From contig NC_010628.1 of NCBI RefSeq assembly GCF_000020025.1, positions 7,380,001-7,412,000 on the forward strand: a stretch of DNA of 32,000 nucleotides, given 5' to 3'. Each line of letters starts with the position of its first letter. Positions within the stretch are counted from its first letter, which is position 1. This stretch comes from Nostoc punctiforme PCC 73102 (GTDB lineage Bacteria > Cyanobacteriota > Cyanobacteriia > Cyanobacteriales > Nostocaceae). Below the pieces are notes generated by a model. That model worked only from the letters and a program-made list of their open reading frames with translations, was not told the origin of the DNA and did no database searches. The position numbers and the translations under genes are program-made. Below are positions 9,008 to 16,886 of this stretch, piece by piece.

Positions 9008-9712
9008 TCAATGCACTGGCAAGGACTTATGTTTCCTAATGGCGTTATTCATCAAGATGATCTGTTCGGCATGAAATGAGGGAGGCATCAAACTGTGAAT
9101 TCCATGATCAAGTCCATCGTGCATCACATCTGTTGGTAGTTGGGAATGGTCTAATCCCAAAGTGTGACCGATTTCGTGGGTGATAGTATTAGCAATCAAG
9201 TTAGACAATTGACTCAGATTCAGACTCGCTCGGTAAGAAGCATTAAGTACTTGGTCTATACGAACAGCAGCACGGTCTGTAACTTTATTATGACGGAAAC
9301 TGGCAATTCCTAGATAGTCAACTGGTTCTTGATCAACAAACACATAGACATGGGTAAAGTTTTGGTTCCACTCTTTTTCATCAGGTGGTTCTGAGGTCAA
9401 AAATACATTGACACTCCTAAAAGCACTGAAGACTTTAGCAAGCGCATCTGCCATAACTTCTAGTATGGTGCTATTATCTTCAGTGCCGATAATCATGTTT
9501 GAAATATTGACCCAGACACAATGGCGAACTTCGCTGTTTTTTGCAACAATCAACCATCCACAATATGGACACACTCGCCAATTAGTTTGGATATGAGAAC
9601 GGCAACCTTGACAGCGAGGTTTTGAAGGTCTATCAAGGTTAATCCGTTCCCAAATTGGGACTTGCAGCTTACGATTTGTCTTAGTTAAATTCAGGCGATC
9701 GTAGAGCGACAT
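9008..9712 (-). CDS. Zinc-ribbon protein fused to a matrixin-like (HExxHxxGxxH) zinc metalloprotease domain
   Basis: 234 aa. An N-terminal CxxC-N12-CxxC element (CQGCRSHIQTNWRVCPYCGW) is followed at the C-terminus by THEIGHTLGLDHSQLPTDVMH...SLMPP, which resembles the MMP consensus HExGHxLGLxHS plus a Met-turn. No signal peptide is visible. The start lies 1 nt from the stop of the upstream TerD-like gene. Confidence 0.75.
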   Translation of the reverse strand: MSLYDRLNLTKTNRKLQVPIWERINLDRPSKPRCQGCRSHIQTNWRVCPYCGWLIVAKNSEVRHCVWVNISNMIIGTEDNSTILEVMADALAKVFSAFRSVNVFLTSEPPDEKEWNQNFTHVYVFVDQEPVDYLGIASFRHNKVTDRAAVRIDQVLNASYRASLNLSQLSNLIANTITHEIGHTLGLDHSQLPTDVMHDGLDHGIHSLMPPSFHAEQIILMNNAIRKHKSLPVH

Positions 9713-9713
9713 T

Positions 9714-10322
9714 TTACTTAGAGCCAGCTACCCAGCTAAAGCCAAAACGATAGTAATCGTCTGCCTCTTTATGTCCACTAAAGTATTTTTCTTCCTTTAA
9801 AATCGTAACTTCAGAGCCAATGTTGCTTACCATAGCAGCAGCACAGAAAGGTCGATTTTTATCTGGGTTATTAAGTTCCAGATAAATTTCTTCGCCATTA
9901 CTGATTTTGAAAAGCATCCGACCATCCACAGACTTAAAATCGGGTGTTCCCTGATAAATTAGGGCAAAAAACATCACTCGTTTAATTGTGTCAGGTCTGT
10001 AAATGAACATATTTTCACCATCTGAGGCTGCTCCAGTACGATCATCTTTATCAAGAAAGATGTAAGGAGAAGAATTTTTGGCTCCAAAATTTCCTCCTAG
10101 AGGCTGGATGACCCCTTTTTCACCATTTACAGTTTCATACATACAGCCTAAGTCAAGGTCAGGAGCATTATTACCTCCAAGCAACTTGGAAAAGAATCCA
10201 GCGTTTTGATTGGACTGCTGATTCCAATTCAGGTTGATATGAACTGTCAGTTGCTTAGAGTTACCTGCTTTACTCAGGTCTATTTTGTGGGAATCGCCAC
10301 TCTTTTGAAGTGTAATAGCCAT
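9714..10322 (-). CDS. Divergent TerD-domain protein (TerA/TerZ-like)
   Basis: 202 aa with an N-terminus MAITLQKSGDSHKIDLSK, DLDLGCMYE, and a degenerate Ca-binding segment DKDDRTGAASDGENMF. The overall pattern is a TerD fold. Confidence 0.75.
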   Translation of the reverse strand: MAITLQKSGDSHKIDLSKAGNSKQLTVHINLNWNQQSNQNAGFFSKLLGGNNAPDLDLGCMYETVNGEKGVIQPLGGNFGAKNSSPYIFLDKDDRTGAASDGENMFIYRPDTIKRVMFFALIYQGTPDFKSVDGRMLFKISNGEEIYLELNNPDKNRPFCAAAMVSNIGSEVTILKEEKYFSGHKEADDYYRFGFSWVAGSK

Positions 10323-10343
10323 AATTACAAGTTTGCTCAGTAT

Positions 10344-10955
10344 TTAGGAGTAAGAGCCAGCGAGTTCACCTAAGCCATTGACATTGACACCATTGCCAAT
10401 AGCTGCTAGTTTCCAGTCATCATTGTGTCGATACACTTCAGCCAAGACCATCCCAGTCATGCCCAAATACTCCTTACCAGAGAGATTATATCGAGCCAGT
10501 TCTTTGTTATTAGCTGCATTAACCAGGCGCACAAAAGCATTTTCAATTTGACTAAAGTCCTGCTTACGGGCAATGCAATCGTAAATATTGACTACGAAGA
10601 CTAACTTAACAATCTGGGCAGGTATGCGCGGCAAATCAACTATAATCACTTCATCATCGCCATCACCTGCACCAGTTAAATTGTCCCCTGTGTGAGTTAT
10701 GGCTCCAGACAAATGCTGAAGATTTCCAAAGTAGATAATATTCTCTTTAGCCGTTAACTTGCCATTTGCATCCAGACAGATTACAGATGCATCTAGATCA
10801 TAGTTTTGACCACCGCCACCAAAATTACTAAAAAATCCACCGCCTGAACGTTTAGCCACATCCCAGCCCAGTCCACACATCATTTTGCTTAGACCAGGGG
10901 CTTCCTTAGAAAGTGAAATCCGCTGTCCTTTCTGTAAACTAATTGCCATACTCAA
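10344..10955 (-). CDS. terD: TerD-family stress protein
   Basis: 203 aa. MAISLQKGQRISLSKEAPGL...GLGWDV...DLDASVICL...[19 protein letters not shown] is the canonical TerD signature, including the Ca2+-binding motif. An AGGAG Shine-Dalgarno motif lies upstream. Confidence 0.9.
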   Translation of the reverse strand: MSMAISLQKGQRISLSKEAPGLSKMMCGLGWDVAKRSGGGFFSNFGGGGQNYDLDASVICLDANGKLTAKENIIYFGNLQHLSGAITHTGDNLTGAGDGDDEVIIVDLPRIPAQIVKLVFVVNIYDCIARKQDFSQIENAFVRLVNAANNKELARYNLSGKEYLGMTGMVLAEVYRHNDDWKLAAIGNGVNVNGLGELAGSYS

Positions 10956-10959
10956 TCTC

Positions 10960-11093
10960 CTAGCTAAAACGGTCTAATAAAGCTTTTAATCCACCTTGAT
11001 AGCCTGAACCAACAGCATTTAAACGCCACTCTCCGTCTTTACGATAGAGTTCAGCCATAATTAATGCAGTTTCGATTGAGTAATCCTCTACTA
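10960..11093 (-). pseudogene. terD: 3' portion of a TerD gene split by IS630 insertion
   Basis: The minus-strand translation [43 protein letters not shown] is a typical TerD C-terminus. It joins in frame with 12355-12796 once the IS and one TA copy are removed. Confidence 0.85.
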
Positions 11094-11575
11094 GTAGTGT
11101 ACCAAGGTAACTTTGCTAAGTAAAACCTCTAATTGGTAAAATAGCCAAAAACGGGGTGTAACATGGCAAAAAAGTACATTGTTGACTTGAATGAAGATGA
11201 AGTTTCCCAACTGCAATCGATAATTAAGAAAGGTAAGCATAAGGCAAGAACCATAAGCCGTGCAAACATTCTTTTGATGGCTTCCGAAGGAGAAACGGAT
11301 CAAGCGATCGCTAGCATAGTTAGAGCGCATGTTGCAACAGTGCAACGAATACGAGAAAAATTTGTCATTGGAGGGTTAGATTTTGCTTTAAAGGATGAAG
11401 TTCATCCACCAAAACATAAAAAATTAGATGAAAAGCAAGAAGCATTTTTGATTGCAACAGCTTGTTCTAATCCGCCAGAAGGAAGAGTGCGTTGGACAAT
11501 GCAATTATTAGCAGATCATTTAGTGAACGTTGGTATCATAGATTCAATCTCAGATGAAACAGTACGTCAAACTTT

Positions 11576-11583
11576 AAAAAAAA
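11576..11583 (+). promoter_or_regulatory. A8 slippery run, probable programmed -1 ribosomal frameshift site of the IS630 transposase
   Basis: A -1 slip after ...TLKK gives [15 protein letters not shown], the conserved IS630 junction sequence. The zero frame terminates 18 nt later. Confidence 0.65.
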
Positions 11584-12076
11584 TGAAATTAAGCCTTGGT
11601 TGAAAGAACAATGGTGTATTCCTGAAGTTAACGCAGAATATGTTTTCCGAATGGAAGATGTGCTGGATTTATACAATGAGCCTTATGATCCTAAACGCCC
11701 TGTAGTCTGCTTTGATGAACGTCCATACCAATTAGTAGAAGAAGTAAGACTTCCTTTGCCACCACAGCCAGAGCAACCTGAACGTTATGATTTTGAGTAT
11801 AAACGTAACGGGACAGTAAATTTATTCGCATGTTTTCAACCCTTGGCTGGATGGCGGCATATCGAAGTTACAGAACGTCGAACTAAAGCCGATTTTGCTA
11901 AACAAATGAAAAATTTAGTAGATGTTTCCTACCGAGATGCCGATGTTATTCGTTTAGTAGTTGATAACTTGAATATTCATACACCCAATGCATTATATGA
12001 AGTTTTTCCACCAGAAGAAGCACGTCGAATTATTCAAAAGTTAGAGTTTCACTATACTCCTAAACACGCTTCTTGG

Positions 12077-12132
12077 TGAGCCAGTGCGTTGGGCGGGTTC
12101 CCCGACTTGAAGCAACTGGCGAACCCGAAGGG
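12077..12132. repeat. 56-bp GC-rich hairpin mini-element inserted in the transposase gene
   Basis: Deleting exactly 12077-12132 joins ...HASW to LNQVEIELSVL in frame. The insert is GC-rich against an AT-rich IS and contains the inverted repeats CGGGTTC/GAACCCG and GCCAGT/ACTGGC. Its ends are uncertain by a few nt. Confidence 0.7.
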
Positions 12133-12352
12133 CTGAATCAGGTAGAAATCGAATTATCTGTTTTATCTCGCCAATGTTTAGAACGGCGTATTCCTAATGC
12201 AGAAACATTAACTTCTGAGATTGCCGCTTGGGAGAAAAAACGTAATCAGCAAAAAGCTAGTGTTTATTGGGGTTTTCAAACCAAAGATGCTCGCCGAAAA
12301 ATGGAGCGTTTATATCCAAATTTAACATAGCAAAGTTAGCTTGGCAGACTAC

Positions 12353-12796
12353 TAGGTCATACCGGACTACTTCTTGGTTGCTTTGAGCATTAACGACGCG
12401 CACAAAAGCATTTTGAACTTGACCAAAATTTTGCTTCCGTTCTGCGGCTTCATGAATAGTTACAGTAATAAAAATTTGATGAACATCAGCAGGAACCTTT
12501 TGCAGATTAATTTTGATGACTTCATCATCGCCATCACCTGCGCCTGTCAGATTATCTCCCGTGTGTTGAACTGACTTATTTGGATCTGGGCTGACAAGAT
12601 TGTTGTAGAAAATGAAGTGGTTATCTGAAATTAGTTTTTCGTTACTCCCCACCATGAAAGCTGATGCATCTAAGTCAAAGGCGAAGCCAGTGTCCATTAC
12701 TTTGACATCCCATCCAAGACCAATAAATACCTCAGTGAGTCCTGGTGCAACTTTGTCGAGTGATACACGTTGTCCTTTTGTAAGTGTAACTGCCAT
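12353..12796 (-). pseudogene. terD: 5' portion of the TerD gene split by IS630 insertion
   Basis: [20 protein letters not shown]...GLGWDV...[19 protein letters not shown]...VVRYDL runs up to the IS boundary. An AAGGAG Shine-Dalgarno motif lies upstream of the ATG at 12796. The residues the ORF track lists after RYDL are read-through into the IS. Confidence 0.85.
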
Positions 12797-12858
12797 GATT
12801 TGGTAGACTCCTTAAATTTTTGACTAATATCAGTTATGTCTCTGCAATAAATAATTGC

Positions 12859-12927
12859 CTATTTGTAGCGTTCGAGAAGTGCTTGTAAGCCGCCTTGATA
12901 ACCCGAACCTAAAGCGTTGAAACGCCA
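12859..12927 (-). pseudogene. 3' relic (last 22 codons plus stop) of a further TerD paralog
   Basis: The minus-strand translation [22 protein letters not shown] parallels the C-terminus of the interrupted TerD ([22 protein letters not shown]). Homology stops abruptly at 12927, with a stop codon in frame just upstream. Confidence 0.7.
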
Positions 12928-13284
12928 TTAACTTCAATCATTGTGCGTCTTTTTTTTTACAAACTGACATAGCAAAACTACTTGATTTATATTGTTTTGA
13001 ATTGAGTTTTTTAAGTGTTACTACCGGGACTTAAACATTTTTGAGGGATAAACAAGCCTCAAACTCATGCAAGGTAAGGGAAATACACCAAATGCTCAAA
13101 AATAACTGAAACCCAGATATATCAATACACTAAGTAAAACGATGTCAAAGTCTTTCTGGATATAGATTTGAGGCTAGGAAACACTATATTAGTTATTAAA
13201 TAGCTTTTTTATCTTTCATTTATAAAGCAAGTAGTAATAACATGAAAACTTTCTATGTTACTTAGATGATTGCTATTTGACAAT

Positions 13285-13317
13285 AAAAAAAACGGTAGAG
13301 CAATAAATACTCTACCG
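13285..13317 (-). terminator. Rho-independent terminator of clpC
   Basis: The perfect 8-bp stem CGGTAGAG/CTCTACCG has a 9-nt loop. On the minus strand it is followed by T8 (A-run 13285-13292 on plus), about 45 nt after the clpC stop. Confidence 0.8.
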
Positions 13318-13361
13318 TTTGCTAATTTTTTATTTGAGATTTAAATCCCAAACCCTAAATC

Positions 13362-15830
13362 TTACTCAACGCCTTGGGGTAACAATTCCCGACGCTGTTG
13401 AGAACTAACTTGCACAACGCCATTTTCATCCACATCAACAAGGGCTGTATCGCCATCCTTGATACGACCAGACAGAATTTCTTCTGCTAGGCTATCTTCT
13501 AACAGGCGCATAATTGCCCGACGTAATGGCCTTGCGCCGTAGCTGGGACTGTAACCTTCTTGGATCAACCGATCCTTGAAGCGGTCTGTGACTTCTAAGG
13601 TGATACCCTTTTCGGTCAGGCGACCAAATACTTCCTTGAGCATAATTTCGGCGATTTGGGTCACTTCTGGCTTGCTCAATTGACGGAAAACGATAATTTC
13701 ATCGAGTCGGTTGAGGAACTCTGGACGGAAGTACTGTTTGAGTTCTTCGTTGACCAAAGAGCGAATCCGGTTGTAAGTGGACTCGCTGGCATCTTCGGAG
13801 AATTCAAAGCCGATACCGCTACCGCCTTTTTCAATTACCTTAGAACCAATATTGGAAGTTAAAATCAGCAAGGTGTTCTTGAAGTCCACCGTGCGACCTT
13901 TGGCATCAGTTAACCGACCGTCTTCCAAAATTTGCAGCAGCATGTTGAATACATCGGGGTGTGCTTTTTCGATTTCGTCGAACAACACCACAGTGTAAGG
14001 TCGCCGCCGCACGGCTTCGGTCAGCTGACCACCTTCGTTATAACCAACATAACCTGGAGGGGAACCAATCAGCTTGCTGACGGTGTGACGCTCCATGTAT
14101 TCGGACATATCTAAGCGGATCATCGCTTCTTCGGAACCGAAGAAGTAAGCAGCTAAGGACTTCGCCAACTCGGTTTTACCTACACCAGTAGGCCCAGAGA
14201 AGACAAAGCTAGCTATGGGTCGATTGGGATTTTTCAAACCGACACGAGCGCGACGAATTGCCCGTGAAACTGCTCTCACAGCTTCGTCCTGACCGATTAA
14301 ACGCTGATGCAAGGTGTCTTCCATGTGCAGCAGCTTTTCAGATTCAGATTCGGTGAGTTTGTTCACCGGTACCCCAGTCCAAGAAGCGACAATGTGGGCA
14401 ATGTCTTCTTCTGTAACTACAGGTTCTTCACCTTCTGTGCCAGTTGCATTGGTCTTGCTTTGAGCGATCGCTCGGATTTCGGCTTTGATTTCCATTTCGC
14501 GATCGCGCAATTCTCCAGCTTTGTCAAAGTCTTGAGAGCGCACTGCATCATCTTTTTCTTTTAATATCTGACGCAGTTCTTTGTCTAACTCTTTGGCTGC
14601 GGGTGGCAGCTGAGAGTTAATCAAGCGCACTCTAGAACCAGCTTCATCAACTAAGTCGATGGCTTTATCTGGGAGGTAGCGATCGCTAATGTAACGATCT
14701 GATAACTTCGCCGCCGCTACTAATGCTTCGTCGGAGATTTTCAGTTTGTGGTGTTGCTCGTAGCGTTCGCGCAAACCATATAAAATTTCAATTGTTTCAT
14801 CAACTGTAGGTTCGCCAACCATTACTGGTTGGAAACGCCGCTCTAGAGCTGCATCTCGCTCGATGTGCTTCCGGTATTCATCTAGGGTTGTAGCACCGAT
14901 GCACTGCAACTCACCCCTAGCCAAAGCTGGCTTGAGGATATTTGCTGCGTCAATCGCACCTTCTGCTGCACCCGCACCGATTAAGGTGTGTACCTCATCA
15001 ATCACGAGAATGACATTACCCGCAGAGCGGATTTCATCCATGATTTTTTTCAAGCGTTCTTCAAATTCACCCCGGTACTTGGTTCCTGCTACGAGCAAAC
15101 CAATATCCAATGTGACGACGCGTTTATCTTCCAGGATGTCAGGGACATCTTTGGTGGCAATGCGTGAAGCTAAACCTTCAGCGATCGCAGTTTTACCAAC
15201 CCCTGGTTCCCCAATCAGCACTGGGTTATTTTTGGTTCGGCGACCCAATATCTGGATCACCCGCTCAATTTCCTTGGCGCGTCCCACCACTGGATCGAGC
15301 TTATTGTCTATCGCCATCTGGGTCAGGTTTGAGCCAAATTCATCCAGAGTTGGGGTTTTTGTGCGCCCGGATGAGCCGCCTGGTGAAACTTCGGCAGTTT
15401 CTCCCAACATACGGATGACTTGAGTTCTTACCTTAGATAGATCCACACCGAGGTTTTCTAGCACCCTGGCTGCGACACCTTCCCCTTCGCGGATTAGGCC
15501 CAACAGCAGATGCTCGGTGCCAATGTAGTTATGCCCCAGTTGGCGTGCTTCTTCCAAGGAGAGTTCTAAAACTCGCTTTGCCCGTGGCGTAAACGGAATT
15601 TCCACGGCAACAAAGCCCGATCCCCGTCCTATAATTTTTTCAACTTCAATTCGGGCATCTTTGAGATTGACGCCCATTGATTTCAGCACCTTGGCAGCCA
15701 CTCCAGTGCCTTCGCCAATCAGACCCAGGAGGATCTGCTCGGTTCCGACAAAGTTGTGACCTAAACGGCGGGCCTCTTCTTGGGCCAGCATGATTACCTT
15801 AATGGCTTTTTCTGTGAAGCGTTCAAACAT
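13362..15830 (-). CDS. clpC: ATP-dependent Clp protease ATP-binding subunit ClpC
   Basis: 822 aa with the N-terminal double Clp_N repeat ([38 protein letters not shown]...), two AAA+ modules with Walker A motifs GEPGVGKT and GPTGVGKT, and a UVR-like linker. Confidence 0.95.
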   Translation of the reverse strand: MFERFTEKAIKVIMLAQEEARRLGHNFVGTEQILLGLIGEGTGVAAKVLKSMGVNLKDARIEVEKIIGRGSGFVAVEIPFTPRAKRVLELSLEEARQLGHNYIGTEHLLLGLIREGEGVAARVLENLGVDLSKVRTQVIRMLGETAEVSPGGSSGRTKTPTLDEFGSNLTQMAIDNKLDPVVGRAKEIERVIQILGRRTKNNPVLIGEPGVGKTAIAEGLASRIATKDVPDILEDKRVVTLDIGLLVAGTKYRGEFEERLKKIMDEIRSAGNVILVIDEVHTLIGAGAAEGAIDAANILKPALARGELQCIGATTLDEYRKHIERDAALERRFQPVMVGEPTVDETIEILYGLRERYEQHHKLKISDEALVAAAKLSDRYISDRYLPDKAIDLVDEAGSRVRLINSQLPPAAKELDKELRQILKEKDDAVRSQDFDKAGELRDREMEIKAEIRAIAQSKTNATGTEGEEPVVTEEDIAHIVASWTGVPVNKLTESESEKLLHMEDTLHQRLIGQDEAVRAVSRAIRRARVGLKNPNRPIASFVFSGPTGVGKTELAKSLAAYFFGSEEAMIRLDMSEYMERHTVSKLIGSPPGYVGYNEGGQLTEAVRRRPYTVVLFDEIEKAHPDVFNMLLQILEDGRLTDAKGRTVDFKNTLLILTSNIGSKVIEKGGSGIGFEFSEDASESTYNRIRSLVNEELKQYFRPEFLNRLDEIIVFRQLSKPEVTQIAEIMLKEVFGRLTEKGITLEVTDRFKDRLIQEGYSPSYGARPLRRAIMRLLEDSLAEEILSGRIKDGDTALVDVDENGVVQVSSQQRRELLPQGVE

Positions 15831-16242
15831 GGCATTTTTCCCATCACCTGCGGTCGTGCCGGTATGCTGATTTTAGCACAGGCAAAGCTTTTGGATGCCT
15901 GTATAACAGATTATAGACATCTTGAAGCTATGACTTTAGTTGATGGGCTAATTGTTAACTATTGACTGCTTTTATTTGGCTAGTGTACTGAGGAGCTTTA
16001 GTTCACCAGCGTTTTTGGGGTTTTTTGAGATTTATTACAAATAGCTGACTGCTTATATTGAGAGCTTATTCACTTAATCCCAAACACCTACATATACCAC
16101 ATACACTTTTAAATATCAAGGACAAAAAGGTTGTATATGCTTTCCTTATAGTTTATTCATTATTTATAGAATATTTAAATTTAATTAATTGCAGCAAAGT
16201 TGCTTTTTTTGCTGAAGCCGATCGCAAGCCCTTAATCCCCAA

Positions 16243-16794
16243 CTACTTAACAAGTAAATGCCAAGAGGATTTGCTAAGGCGATCGCTGATTGTGGAATAC
16301 CACTGGTCTAAAGTTGTTTGAAATTTGGAGTGTTGTAAATCGGGGAGCCAAAGGATTAGCGCATCCTCACCGTTATCTTGGTAGTAACCCCGCCGCCGTC
16401 CGGCTGTTTTGAAGCCAAATTTTTGATATAAAGATATTGCCGCCAAGTTGGAAGCTCGGACTTCGAGGGTAGCTCGCTCCATTCCGCGATCGCAAGCTGT
16501 CTTAAGGAGTGAATATAGTAAAGCCGCACCCAAACCTTGACGGTGATATTGGGGATGAACCGCCAAAATTGTAATGTGAGCTTCCTCTAAAATTGACCAA
16601 AAGCAACCCATTCCTAACAAACTAACGCTGGAAAATGGGGAGAATAAACCGAGTAAATCGCTGTTGGGGCTATCCAATTCTCGTTTGTAGCCCTCCAGAG
16701 TCCAAAGTCCGCCAAAACAGGCTTGATCTAGTTCCAGAATTGCACTGAGATTATCTGGTGTCAGTAATTTAATTTCTAAGTCTAATGAGATCAC
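16243..16794 (-). CDS. rimI: Ribosomal-protein-alanine N-acetyltransferase (GNAT family)
   Basis: 183 aa with the GNAT core HITILAVHPQYHRQGLGAALL...ATLEVRASNLAAISLYQKFGF, typical of RimI. Confidence 0.75.
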   Translation of the reverse strand: MISLDLEIKLLTPDNLSAILELDQACFGGLWTLEGYKRELDSPNSDLLGLFSPFSSVSLLGMGCFWSILEEAHITILAVHPQYHRQGLGAALLYSLLKTACDRGMERATLEVRASNLAAISLYQKFGFKTAGRRRGYYQDNGEDALILWLPDLQHSKFQTTLDQWYSTISDRLSKSSWHLLVK

Positions 16795-16886
16795 ATTTAT
16801 TGAATAAGATTACAAACCCTTTGTAAACTGGGAATCGGGAGACGAACTCAAAGCCCGTAATTTGAACAAGGACAACTTTTATATTT

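Larger units (their letters stand above)
11163..12330 (+). pseudogene. IS630-family transposase, disrupted by a 56-bp insertion; the 5' part requires a -1 frameshift
   Basis: The transposase is spread over three ORF pieces: 11163-11603, 11600-12079 and 12073-12330. The first junction is an A8 slippery run. The second junction is a 56-bp insert that introduces TGA directly after ...HASW. The stop at 12328-12330 lies inside the right inverted repeat. Confidence 0.85.
11094..12352 (+). mobile_element. IS630-family insertion sequence (1259 bp), non-autonomous as it stands
   Basis: The imperfect 27-bp terminal inverted repeats are GTAGTGTACCAAGGTAACTTTGCTAAG (11094-11120) and the reverse complement of 12326-12352, GTAGTCTGCCAAGCTAACTTTGCTATG. 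A TA duplication flanks the element at 11092-11093 and 12353-12354. Internally it encodes an HTH + DDE transposase with IS630 hallmarks ([34 protein letters not shown]). Confidence 0.9.

Noticed and set aside
11091-11345. 84-aa minus-strand ORF at the left end of the IS, and the ORFs 12374-12574 and 12612-12806 antisense to terD
   Set aside because: They overlap better-supported features on the other strand and have no supporting signals.
12257-12352. C-terminal 32 residues of the 179-aa ORF-track TerD model (…[30 protein letters not shown])
   Set aside because: This part is read-through into the IS630 right end. The genuine C-terminus of the gene is at 10960-11093.
14863-15423. 186-aa plus-strand ORF, together with 13656-14564 and 15164-15418, antisense to clpC
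   Set aside because: These are shadow ORFs on the opposite strand of a highly conserved gene. They are S/P/R-rich with low complexity and no motifs.
16058-16321. 87-aa ORF between clpC and rimI
   Set aside because: It lies in an AT-rich promoter region and overlaps the rimI 3' end. Its composition is typical of non-coding AT-rich DNA.
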